A stretch of DNA of 62,890 nucleotides, filler included, from Octopus bimaculoides (Eukaryota): the NCBI RefSeq assembly GCF_001194135.2. It is 7 parts of 7 records of this genome, joined end to end, with 100 filler letters (N's around TTAATTAATTAA, not from the genome) between each part and the next. Parts side by side here need not be neighbours in the genome. Positions count along the whole stretch, not along the records: positions 8,285 to 27,674 come from NC_068987.1; positions 27,775 to 48,804 come from NC_068996.1; 5 more parts are not named here. One strand, written 5' to 3'. The position numbers and the translations under genes are program-made. Position 1 is the stretch's first letter. Every line of letters begins with the position of its first letter. Below the pieces are notes generated by a model, which searched no databases, was not told where the DNA came from, and worked only from the letters and a program-made list of their open reading frames with translations. Of the stretch, positions 25,160-36,869 are shown piece after piece.

Positions 25160-25380
25160 GGGCGCGTAGCCTAGTGGTCAGCGTGCCATAATCCCGATTG
25201 CATCGTCGTACGTTCAATCCTCGACCTGGTGGAGCGTTTATTTTATTTGCTTTTTGGGGGTGGGGTGGGGGCGTAAACACTTCATTTCACGTTGCTATGC
25301 GATCACTTCGACATATGATGTGTGGCACATCGTTCACCTGTATACGTAATATCGAGTTGATGGCGAGAGACTACGATTAA
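25160..25380 (+). mobile_element. Degenerate tRNA-derived SINE (additional family)
   Basis: A-box TAGCCTAGTGG and B-box GTTCAATCC, but no cloverleaf. Confidence 0.5.
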
Positions 25381-25624
25381 AGAAAATAGGTTATAAGTTA
25401 AGGAAAAATTGAAATAAAAATCCTAACAATAAAATAATAAAGAACACAGTTTCGGAAAAAATACAGCATGGGCGCAGGCACAGCTGTCTAGTTAAGAAGC
25501 TTGCTTTTTAACCACGTGGTTTCAAGGTGAGTGCCACCATGCGACACTTTGGGACAATGTCTGCATCTTTGTGGTTTTCGTCACTGTTTACAATTATCTT
25601 TAAAAGAAAAATTTAATATATCAT

Positions 25625-25862
25625 ATAGATGGGGTGGATGTAGGTGTCTTCAAAATAAAGCTGGACCTCTTCTTATCAAGTGTCCCAGATGAACCAACTT
25701 CGCGGCAGGAGGTGCAGATGAGGGAAGCTGCATCAAACTCTCTCATGCACCAAATGTCAATTCCTGAAGTAAAATTCGTGAAGTAAAATTATGTAGCGAC
25801 ACCAAATGGCGGTGCCCCAGCATGGCCACAGTTCATGACCCGAAACTAGATAAAATGAAAAG
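25625..25862 (+). mobile_element. CR1-group LINE 3' end (C-terminal ORF2 codons plus short 3' UTR)
   Basis: 25628-25786 reads DGVDVGVFKIKLDLFLSSVPDEP..AASNSLMHQ..*, resembling the FK-x-KLD-x-FL-xx-PD-x-P..SNSL end of invertebrate CR1-like RTs; its tail matches family B. Confidence 0.72.
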
Positions 25863-25934
25863 AAAACTGTAATTGTTGATGCTGAATCCGAATTTGTTAT
25901 TCATTTATTTCAGAAAAATTTTGCAAAAATGTTC

Positions 25935-26610
25935 AAAATTTGATCATTTTCAGAATTTTCAGTCAATCAGAAAACATCGCGTTCGTTGTTTCTTCCATCA
26001 CCAGGAGTGATGGGAGCATCAGCATGTCAAAACATTAAACTGGCCACACGAGCAAATTAAATATTTAAAAGCTACGAACAAACAAACCAACAGGAGTTGC
26101 TAGAAATAACAGTCAAAACATTAAAATATACACGAGCAAAGTTAATAATAAAACATTCGCGAGCAAATTAGATATTTAAAAACTACGAACAAGCCAACAA
26201 GAGTTGCTAGAAATAACAGTCAAAAAAACATTGTTTAAAACAGACATTTATTAGTTTAATAAATTCAAGAACGAAAGTTTGCAATACACTCTATGATTTT
26301 ATAAAATAAATTATCTTTCTCATATCTCCTTCTCCATATAAATTCACAAATATAAGAGTCAACCATGCTCAGGTACTTTCAACTTGTTGATTGTGAAAAC
26401 AATTATAGAACAAATAGTGGTTACACTCCTTGTGCGCATGAGCAGCATCTTTGGTTACTATGGAAATAGAGTTCTTCGTAGTCAGCTGTGGAACACGTGG
26501 TGCTTTTTTGCTTTGGTTACTACAGAAACAGACTTCTTCGCCACGGTGATGTCTAAAATACTCGCTTCTGATTGGATAAAATACCAAAATTTTTCAAATT
26601 TTAAAGGCTA
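25935..26610. mobile_element. Putative non-autonomous DNA element with imperfect inverted ends and an internal ~111-bp tandem duplication
   Basis: ..AATTTTCAGTCAATCAGAA versus TTCTGATTGGATAAAAT..; a ~73-bp unit is repeated at about 26049 and 26160. Confidence 0.45.
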
Positions 26611-26906
26611 ATAACTTTTTAATTATGGATTTATAGGGAAAATGAATTTCATTTTCATAATTAGTATACAAAACTTAATCCATATACCAAATATGAAAAC
26701 AATTGGAGCAAAATTGTAAACAGTGACAAAAACCACAAAGATCCCAATGTCTTCTATTATAGCCTAGGGCGGACCAAAGCTTTGTGTGCGAATTTTGTCG
26801 GCAGAAACTATGTAGCAACCCGTCGTGTGTGTGTAATAAAGGTGGCTTATTCGCAATTTAGAACCGAAGCAGGACTATAGACGTCACCAAAGTGACGTCT
26901 ATAGTA

Positions 26907-27430
26907 TCACATGGTACCGGGTTCAGTCCCACTGCGTGGCGCCTTAGATAAGTGTCTTCTACTATAGCCTCGGGCCGATCAGAGCCTTGTGAGTGGATTT
27001 GGTAGACAGAAACTGAAAGAAGCTCGTGGTATATATACATGTGTGCGTGTATGTGTGTGTGTGTGCTTGTGTGTGTGTTTTGTGTGTGTGTGTGTGTGTG
27101 TATGTGTGTGTGTGTATGTGTGTGTGTGTGTGTGTATGTTTGTGTGTATGTTTGTGTGTCTGTGTTTGTCCACCCCGCCATCGCTTGACAACTAATGCTG
27201 GTGTGTTTACGTCCCTGTAACTTAGCTANNNNNNNNNNTGTTTGTCCACCCCGCCATCGCTTGACAACTAATGCTGGTGTGTTTACGTCCCTGTAACTTA
27301 GCTATTCAGCAAAACAGTCTGATAGAATAAGTACTAGGCTTACAAAGAATAAGTCCTGGGGTCAATATGTTTGACTAAAGGTGGTGCTCCAGCATGGCCG
27401 CAGTCAAATGACTGGAACGGATACAAGAAT
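26907..27430 (+). mobile_element. SINE family B, near full length with internal (TG)n
   Basis: Head, CORE-like motif, (TG)n and tail ending GGTGGTGCTCCAGCATGGCCGCAGTCAAATGAC. Confidence 0.88.
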
Positions 27431-27810
27431 AAAAGAATATACACACACACATATATACATATATACCAGTGGCGACTTCAGCACTCGGGCTGTTCGGGCT
27501 CAACTTTAGTAAAGTGAGTGTGTATTTTTGCAAGCTGATTTAATTTCTGCCAATAACTCGGACTCCTTTTATTGAGCCTGGTCGCAGTTCATTTATTTTC
27601 GTTCAGCGTCTGGCGGTCGTCTAAGAAGTGCCCTGTGGCCAAAAATATTATTTGTATCACACACACACACACACNNNNNNNNNNNNNNNNNNNNNNNNNN
27701 NNNNNNNNNNNNNNNNNNTTAATTAATTAANNNNNNNNNNNNNNNNNNNNNNNNNNNNNNNNNNNNNNNNNNNNTATATATATATATATATATATGCATA
27801 CATATACATA

Positions 27811-28033
27811 TATGAGGGAATGCTGAATGGTTCCTGGTTTTGAGTAAAAGAAAATACAGAAGGATCAGTTAATTATGATTTTATTTAACATACTTCCCAC
27901 TCAGATTCACACACTTATTGCAGCGGTCCTTCAGGTTTTGTAAACCCTGTAAAGGATCTCAGAAGGTTGAACCTCCAGCCCAGCCTTTGTGATACCCTTA
28001 AAGCCTGGAACTTTTCAGCCCCTTCCCCTCGTA
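27811..28033 (-). mobile_element. Mariner-derived MITE with TA TSD, retaining the last transposase codons
   Basis: ~30-bp imperfect TIRs TA(T/C)GAGGG..GCTGAA..GTTCC; the minus strand reads LKDRCNKCVNLSGKYVK*, like the mariner C-terminus. Confidence 0.78.
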
Positions 28034-28239
28034 GATCACATTAAAGCATAAAATTTATATCATAGAACCAAGAGTTGTCTCAAGTAAGTTGCTATCAAAA
28101 AGTTAATAATAGTTGCAAATTTTGGCACAGAGGAAAGTGAGCACTTCAAATACCTCAAACTCACTACTGGTATTTCATTTTATCAATCCTGAAAGGATGA
28201 ATGGCAAAGTTAACTGAGTACTTGTTGCAGAGGTTACCT

Positions 28240-29250
28240 ATGGAAGGGGTAAATCCTGGATGGTGTGAGATGAAGTGGTGAGAAAGGATTGTTGGATGAA
28301 ATGACAAGGAAATGACAAGGGACAAGGAGATGTGACAATTTACTGTATTCAATAAGACAGCTCCCCGGTTGGCCAGCACCTGTCAAACTATCCAACCCAT
28401 GTCAGCATGGAAAGCAGATGTTAAACGATGATAATGATGATGATGATGAACATAAAGAGCCAGAAGAAATGCCACTAAGCATTTTGTCCGATGTGTTAAC
28501 AATTCTGCTTTGGCAGACCATTCTAGCCATTCTTCATGATCTAAACGTCACCAATAATTTGGAGAGTCACTAAAGTAAATGTTTAATGTCAATGGAATCA
28601 GCTGAAATGCAATTATGTAATAGATTGATGTGGTTCATTTTGAGTTTGAGCTCTTCATTGATTTCACAATATATTGATTTCCCATAAAGTCATGTCACAG
28701 CTTGTATTTACTTGTTTTGATAATTATTTTAGTATTTTATTGAACAATACCCAAATTGATCAAACATTGCTGCAGCTGTATGTCATTGACGTTTGCATTA
28801 TATTCCCACTCACTTTTTGATTCTTGTGAAATGACATGCTTACTTATTCTATCCAATCTTCTGCACACTGCATAACTTGTATACACTTCCCTCAAACCTA
28901 GATACACCCTGTGACATCTTCACCACCTCTCTCTCCCTCTCTCTAGGTAGCCATATGCCTCCTTTTCTGAAAGACACCTGCTTCTCTCCCTCTTTTATAG
29001 CTTAACCTCTCATCACTAAGCATAAGGCCATCTCCTTCAATGCTCCTCCTCACATGAGGGAGTCTTGTTTTGCACGTTACATGGTAATCTTATTGATCTG
29101 AAATGTACCCAGTATCCTCTGTGAATTGGGTGGTGCTAGGAAGAGCAAGCCAAAGCAGACAGTAGAGTTTGGTAGGTATCTGACCTGCCTGCAACTACCA
29201 AACCATCCAACCCATGACAGCACGGTAAACAGATATCAAATGATGATCAT
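28240..29250 (+). mobile_element. RTE-type LINE 3' remnants (28240-28449 and about 28840-29250)
   Basis: DEVVRKD..EMTRD C-terminal motif; tails CATCCAACCCATG..AGCATGGAAA..AAACGATGATGAT. Confidence 0.6.
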
Positions 29251-29813
29251 GACCTATGCACATATACGTAATTTATAATATGCATAAAACATATACATAT
29301 ATATATATATATATATATATTAGATCGNNNNNNNNNNNNNNNNNNNNNNNNNNNNNNNNNNNNNNNNNNNNNNNNNNNNNNNNNNNNNNNNNNNNNNNNN
29401 NNNNNNNNNNNNNNNNNNNNNNNNNNNACCCAGAACCATGTGGTTGGTAAGCAAGCTACTTACCACACAGCCACACAATCTGAAAAAAGTTTAAGTATGG
29501 GAAAGTGTTCCTCAATTACAAATACAATCTAAATCAAAGGATCAGGAATTTACAAATCATAAGTAATCATAAATATAATCTGAATAGGAGGGGTGGGGAA
29601 GGAAACCGGAATGTCCATGGAAATATACCTTCTCCCCAGTGATGATTGGTTTCCTACAGGTTACACTTGGAGGGGCCAAACATGTATGTTTTAGTATTCA
29701 CATTACTTCTTCCCAATTATATTTTCTGGGAATGTTGGTATCTTGATATGGTGTCGTTGTAACCTCAATTTATTCCATTTGATTTGATGGAGTCTCCTTG
29801 TATATTGATGTCA

Positions 29814-29968
29814 TCATCATCATCATCATCGTTTAATGTCCGCCTTCCATGTTAGCATGGGTTGGACGATTTGACTGAGGACTGGTGAAACCGGATGGCA
29901 ACACCAGGCTCCAATCTAATTTGGCAGAGTTTCTACAGCTGGATGCCCTTCCTAACGCCAACCACTCA
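29814..29968 (-). mobile_element. RTE-tail retroposon fragment
   Basis: (CAT)n-CGTTTAATGTCCGCCTTCCATGTTAGCATGGGTTGGACG; also at 31345-31490 and 45573-45662. Confidence 0.75.
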
Positions 29969-29976
29969 GAGACAAC

Positions 29977-30365
29977 CATTTAATTTTTGTTGAGGACTTT
30001 TTTATGAAATATAGTTCCATTGTCTTTTGGAACTTTGGGTCGTTCTCTGAATTTTCCTTCTTCACATATTTCCAAATGTTTGCTCTTTTCTTTTTTCAAC
30101 CATTTAATTTTGGTAAGAACTTTATGTTGTCTTTCGGAAGTTTGTGTCATTCCTTGAGCATTTATAGAAGGGGAAGATCTTGAATTTTCCTTCTCCATAT
30201 ATTCCCAAATGTTTGCTCAGTGGAATTTTCTGTAGTTCCACTTGTTGGATTTGCTGTCTGTGGATTCTTGCACGTTGGCAAAGGGAATTATTGGTTTCAC
30301 GGTTTCACCAATATAATTTTCCTTGAATTTGGGGCAAGTAATGCAGTATATGATGTTTTGCATCA
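29977..30365 (-). mobile_element. Penelope-like element GIY-YIG endonuclease relic with a tandemly repeated 3' end
   Basis: NIIYCITCPKFKENYIGET(8-bp duplication)NNSLCQRARIHRQQI..KHL..FKIFPFYK..KFLPKLN; the SKHL..GKF segment recurs at about 29977-30090. Confidence 0.82.
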
Positions 30366-31344
30366 CCATCATCTCTGACTGCCCTGGCTACCACCACCAC
30401 CACCACAGAGATAGATAGATGAAGTNNNNNNNNNNNNNNNNNNNNNNNNNNNNNNNNNNNNNNNNNNNNNNNNNNNNNNNNNNNNNNNNNNNNNNNNNNN
30501 NNNNNNNNNNNNNNNNNNNNNNNNNNNNNNNNNNNNNNNNNNNNNNNNNNNNNNNNNNNNNNNNNNNNNNNNNNNNNNNNNNNNNNNNNNNNNNNNNNNN
30601 NNNNNNNNNNNNNNNNNNNNNNNNNNNNNNNNNNNNNNNNNNNNNNNNNNNNNNNNNNNNNNNNNNNNNNNNNNNNNNNNNNNNNNNNNNNNNNNNNNNN
30701 NNNNNNNNNNNNNNNNNNNNNNNNNNNNNNNNNNNNNNNNNNNNNNNNNNNNNNNNNNNNNNNNNNNNNNNNNNNNNNNNNNNNNNNNNNNNNNNNNNNN
30801 NNNNNNNNNNNNNNNNNNNNNNNNNNNNNNNNNNNNNNNNNNNNNNNNNNNNNNNNNNNNNNNNNNNGAGAGAGAGAGAGAGAGCAAGAGAGAGAGAGAG
30901 AGAGAGCAAGAGAGAGAGAGAGAGAGAGGGGGGGGGATTTCTTTTCAATTTGGAAAGTTTCTATCATTTATTTATTTAGTTAGTTTTTTACCATTTATTT
31001 ATTTAGTTAGTTTTTTACCATTGTATAGCTACAGGCATGAGACATGACTTCAAGGATGCTGGCCTATTTTAGGATGGGGAAAATAATGAGAAATAATGGG
31101 GAGCGGTCATCACAAAAATGATAGTATTCAGTATGTTGGTGACAGCAATTTCTGTCAAAGAGACCTGGCTTAACAAAGTTGTATGTCATCTCCCTCTTTC
31201 TCTCACATACCCACTCTTTCTCTCTCTTTTATTATTACTCCCACTGCTACCATCAACACTACTACTTTTAATAAAACATCAACTCTCCCTAAATTTCATT
31301 GTCTCTGTATGTGTGTGTATGTATGTATATATTTTTTATATATC

Positions 31345-33043
31345 ATCATCATCATTGTCATCATCGTTTAACATCCGCTTTCCATGCTGGCATGGGTTGG
31401 ACGATTTGACTGAGGACTGGCAAGCCAGAAGGCTGTACCAGGCTCCAATCCAATCTGGCAAAGTTTCTACGGCTGGATGCCCTTCCTACCACCATGTGTG
31501 TGGGGGGGGGGGCAATTTGGTTTTGTGGTGGGGAGAATCACAACTGATGCTATCTTTACAGTCAGGCAACTTCAGGAGAAGTATTTGACCAAGGGGAAAA
31601 AAACATTGTACTTGGTGTTTGTTGACTCAGCAAAAGCTTTTGACAGAGTACCCTACTGTGTGATATGGTGGGCTCTGAAGAAGCTAGGGGTAGACAAATA
31701 GCTTGTGAAAGCTGTATAAGCCATGTTCAGAGGTTCAGTCAGTTGGTAAAAGTTAACCGTGAGTATAGTGATGAATCTATGTACAGGTAGACATTCATTA
31801 GGGTTTAAGTGCCAGTCCCTTCCTATTCATCATTATTGTCCAGGCCATAGCAGGGGAATTCAAGACTGGTTACCACTTGGGAAATATTATATGCTGATGA
31901 TCTTAGTCTTATAGCAGATTCTGCAACAGAACTAGAGAAGAAATTCTAGTTGAGGAAGCAAAACCTAGAAGCAAAGGGTCTTAATATTAACTTAGCAGAG
32001 CCTAAGGGTTCAAGTAAGCAGGAAAACAGACAGGACCTTTCCTCCAACAGGTAAATGGCCCTGCTTAGTATGTAGAAAAGGTGTATACAGGAATTGTACC
32101 CAGTATAAGCAATGGAATAACAGGAAGGTTATCAGAGAAAGTAGAGTTTGTAGATTATCAAAGGAAGTAGGAAGATCCACAGGAGTCATAAAAACTACAG
32201 ATATTCAGGAAATCAATTTTTTTCAAATGCCCCAGAGGCTCTTTAGAGGAAGTGGATAATTAATTTTATGCTACTTAGAGGACCTAATTATATGTGAGGG
32301 AGGATGCATCAAAAGTGTAATGACTAGAATAAAAATAGGAGAAACTTTTAGAGTGCTTTTACCTCTCTTGGCAACCAAAATGCTTCTCTCCAAGTGAAAG
32401 GAAGACGGTATGATGCATGTGTACAAAGAGCAATACTACATGGTCATGAGACATGGCCCCAAAATGCAGAAGACATGTGAAGGCTTGAGAGGAATGAAGC
32501 TAGTATAGCCTGCTGGATATGCAATGTCAGTTTATATGTGCAACAGAGTGCTAGCGTATTGAGGAAAACATTGGTCACAAGAAGAATTAGATATAGTGTG
32601 CAGGAGAGAAGACTGTGCTGGTTTCATCATGTGATGCATATGGATGTAGACAGTTGCATGCAGAAGTGCCAATCACTTAAAGTGGATGGAACTTATAGAA
32701 GAGGGAGACTCAAGAAGATATGAGACAAAGTATCGAAGGTTGATCTCAAGACACTGAGCCTTATGTAGAAGATGACAAAGGACTGAGATATCTGGTACCT
32801 TGTTCTATTCAAGACCTATCCACCACAGCAGACTTGACACTGGTGCTGGTGCCACATAAAAAGCTCTCGTGCTGGTGTCACATTAAAAGCACTCGTGCTG
32901 GTGCCACATAAAAAGCACCCAGAACACTCTGTGGAGTGGTTGGTATTAGGAAAGGCCTTACCAATTCTGGTCAAACCATCCAACATGCCAGCATGGAAAA
33001 TAGACATTAAATGATGATGATGATAATGATGATGGTGATGGTG
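31345..33043 (+). mobile_element. Decayed RTE-clade LINE (RT to 3' tail) preceded by an inverted RTE tail
   Basis: QFGFVVGR.TTDAIF.VRQLQEKY..FVD..KAFDRVP; YADD at 31889-31900; tail ends in (GAT)n at about 33010-33043; a minus-strand tail lies at 31345-31490. Confidence 0.88.
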
Positions 33044-33054
33044 ATATAATACAT

Positions 33055-33310
33055 TTTTTTTTTATGCGCCCTTTTAAAGCCTAGCCAGGCTCATGGGCCC
33101 GGTTTCCTGGTTTCTATGGTGTATATGTTCCGCCCCCCCCCCGCTTGGACGGGATGCCAGTCCATCGCAGCTTTACTCAAGAAACAGGAAGAAAGAGTGA
33201 GAGAAAGTTAGGGTGAAAGAGTACAGCAAGAGTCACCACCACCCCTGCCAGAGCCTCGTGAAGCTTTAGGTGTTTTCGCTCAATAAACACACACAACGCC
33301 CGGTCTGGGA
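33055..33310 (-). mobile_element. 5'-truncated SINE with family C body but a different 3' tail ending in poly(A)
   Basis: 33180-33310 matches 10920-11050; it then continues GCGATGGACTGGCATCCCGTCC..GAAACCGGGCCCATGAGCC..AAAAA. Confidence 0.75.
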
Positions 33311-33399
33311 TAATACATATAATATATATTATATATAACATATATAGTATATAATACATACATATATATATATATATATATTTCTATATATATATTAAA

Positions 33400-34100
33400 A
33401 ATGGGGAAGGCCGGTTTATGGGATTATGGAAAAAAAATACCTCACTATTCAAAGGTAACAATTGGGGATTATCACTTCAGAGTTCTGGAAAGGAGATACA
33501 TAATATCACTGGCCAGCCACGTCTGGCAACTAAGAGACGATGGGGTTCCATACTAGATCTCATGGAAATACCTCCATATAATACAAGACAGACATTTAAA
33601 TTCATGAGGTTTTTCTAAGGATGTGGACAGTACTTGTCAGCACAATCTTTGGGATTTCCTTGAGACATGGTTCTCCTGGGATGTTGTCAAAATGTTTACG
33701 GCATCCCTTAGGGCACCTACAATAACAGGGACAGTTTTTGCTTAAAGATTCCACATCTTTTGAATTTCAATTTCCAGGTCCTTATATTTACTAAGTTTGT
33801 CAAACTCCTTCACAGATATATTTTTATCAATGGGAACACTTACATCTATTAGTCTGCAAGTATTTTCTCTCATGTCTTGAATAATTATGTCTGGTCGATT
33901 AACTTGGATTGTTCTGTCAGTGTAGACTGGAAAATCCCAGCAGATGTTTTAGGAAGAGGCAGTCTACATTACTGCTGATGTGGAAATTATGAGTGCTGGT
34001 TAGTATCTTCTGGGTTTTTACATTATTGACTTGGATTTTATCAAGTGTCCAATCAAGCTGTCCAAATGTTGGTATGAGTACTGGCACTGCAAACACATTG
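33400..34100 (-). mobile_element. Internally deleted R4/Dong-like LINE (RT C-terminal piece fused to RLE)
   Basis: NVFAVPVL..FG.LDWT..KTQKILT..FH..VD joined to WDFPVYTDRTI..NRPDII..LIDVSVP..LSKYKDLEIEI. Confidence 0.82.
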
Positions 34101-34104
34101 TTTG

Positions 34105-35115
34105 TTTGCTTGTATGTATGTATGTATGTGTGTGTGTATGTATATCAATCAGTTTCATTTCAGTATTTCTTGTCCATAGAGAAAGAGCCGGACTCTAACA
34201 TAGATTCAAGGCTCCTCCATTGGAACTTTTATCAACATCATCTAGGTATTTGTGCATATGTGTGTGTGCAGTATTTGGTGTTAGTGTATGCGCAGATTTG
34301 TATGTTTGTTTTATGGATGCATTTTAGATGCATGCATATGTATTTATGTGCTAAATTTTTGGAAAGTTTTACATATCTTTACAGTTCCATTGATGGCTTG
34401 AATCTGTAGTCTTCTAATCAGCTTTATTNNNNNNNNNNNNNNNNNNNNNNNNNNNNNNNNNNNNNNNNNNNNNNNNNNNNNNNNNNNNNNNNNNNNNNNN
34501 NNNNNNNNNNNNNNNNNNNNNNNNNNNNNNNNNNNNNNNNNNNNNNNNNNNNNNNNNNNNNNNNNNNNNNNNNNNNNNNNNNNNNNNNNNNNNNNNNNNN
34601 NNNNNNNNNNNNNNNNNNNNNNNNNNNNNNNNNNNNNNNNNNNNNNNNNNNNNNNNNNNNNNNNNNNNNNNNNNNNNNNNNNNNNNNNNNNNNNNNNNNN
34701 NNNNNNNNNNNNNNNNNNNNNNNNNNNNNNNNNNNNNNNNNNNNNNNNNNNNNNNNNNNNNNNTTTCATATTGTGAGTGGTAATGGCCTCTACCTCATTA
34801 TGGGTTTTCATCTCCTTAGCCTCGGGGTTATCCTGTCGGCGGATTTCATTGTACAGTGTCTTGGCCACAACATCATGTCTCATAGGTAGGTAATACCGTG
34901 ATGACATTTTTGGACAGCTGCTAATGATGTGGGTGATATCTTCGATACTGATTCCACAGAGTCTGCATCGATTATTACATTGTGGCGCTTTGCCCGCCTC
35001 TCTGTCCCGTTTGTTTATTAGGAATTTGGTTGCTATTTCTTGTTCTTGAATAGCAAAGGCATACCCTTCAAAGTGAGAGTTGGTGACCCGATTGTTTGTC
35101 CACGATAGACTGCTG
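34105..35115 (-). mobile_element. R4-clade RLE LINE flanked on both sides by (TACA)n
   Basis: SHFEGYAFAIQEQ..CRLC....EDITHIISSC..RHDVVAK (CCHC plus RH), a gap, then ..GTVKICKTF..*; (GTAT)n on the plus strand at 34112-34128 and 35116-35135. Confidence 0.85.
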
Positions 35116-35439
35116 TATGTATGTATGTATGTATGTGTACAATTGTCAAAACATGTGATGATTGTAAATGAGAATCATCATCATACAATTATAAGAGGTG
35201 GGGATGTACATGCATGTATGTCAATGGGGTGTATGTGTGTCAATGGTGTGTATGTATGTGTATAGATGTGTACAAGTATGAAACCACAGAGGTGTTTGCT
35301 TAGTTGGGCTCAGGATGTTAGTGTGTGAGTAATTATTTGATAGGCAGAATGACAATATGAGAGCATATATGCGTGTGTATGGGAATAAAGGTGCTGATGT
35401 AGTAGGGCTCCAAAAGGGATCTCAAGGAGTAGTATCTCT

Positions 35440-35736
35440 GCCTTCCTGAGCTAGTTTTCCACCACATTTCTTAAAAATCATGGTGGAGGCCTTGGTCTCG
35501 GGACCACTCATGTCTAGAAACTGAGGTTGGGGGGAAACAAGGGCATGTTCCCTGCAGAAAATCCAGCTCCAAAAAAAGCCTTATGATAGCAAAGGAGAAT
35601 GGGCATCAGCCAACCAACCCAAAGGCTGGAGTGGACTGCACCTGCCTACCTCAGTTGCTATGGCATTGATGTAGATCCAGCCACCCCTGTTAATGGGGAC
35701 AAAACACAGATTTAAAACACTGGATGATGATGATGA
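35440..35736 (+). mobile_element. Probable RTE-mobilised short retroposon ending in (GAT)n
   Basis: Contains GGGCATGTTCCCTGCAGAAAATCC, resembling the RTE tail, and ends in (GAT)n. Confidence 0.4.
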
Positions 35737-35773
35737 TGTAGGACATGGGACAGGAAGTGTGGGGCGGAGGGTC

Positions 35774-35867
<94 letters not shown>

Positions 35868-36328
35868 GTGAATAACAAAAGAACATTAAACAAAGAATGT
35901 GAACAATTTTGACTGCCCTCCTGCTTGATAGCATGGTTGTGAAGGAAAGCATCTTGTTTTGTACATCATCCTTTAAATGTTAAGAATATCTTGCAGATTT
36001 TTATAGCCCCAGATGTCATGACCATCTGTAATGTATAAATTAAGGAGTTGTGTTCTGTGCATGTGTGCATGTATCTATGTGTTTTATGTGCACAAGTGTG
36101 TGTGTGTGTGTGTGTGTGTATATAATAGCAATTTTAAATTTAAAGACCGATAGTATGAGGATTGAACTGAAAATTTAGATTAAAACTTACGTGAATTGAT
36201 AGCTTCTGTGTATTCTGGAGCATGAACAAAAATAATCCTGTCTCGTTTCTTATAAACGTTTTGAAGATAATCTGAAAGAAATCAAGGTAATAAAACACTT
36301 AAACAAGTAAAAAGAGTTAGCAGAATTA

Positions 36329-36390
<62 letters not shown>

Positions 36391-36869
36391 AAGGTGGTAA
36401 GCTGGCAGATAGTACACCAGATAAAAGTTTAGTGGTATTTCATCTGCTTGAATAGCAGTCAAATACATCTCAAATCACATGCTGCTCTCTGTTTTTAAAA
36501 GGAACATTGGATAACTACAGTCCAAGGTACACTGTGTTTGAATAAAAGATAGGATGATTGATGCTGGGATATCTTTGATCTTATTCCAGCTGGATAAGGA
36601 TTGACCATGAATTAAGCAAGGACATTAACAAGGAGGTCGTGTACATTAGATAATGTGCTCCTAGATATGTTGTCTAAATATGAAGGAATTGTTGGGGTGC
36701 CCACATCTAGAACACCTTTGATTTTATATGTGTTCAAAAAGGACTGAGCAAGTTCCAAATAAGGAAGGATGCATCAGGTAATAGAGTCCTAAATACACTA
36801 TATCTGAATAAAATGCAGGATGGTCACTATTGGAATATCATTGATCACAGGTCTACTGAATCAGGACTG

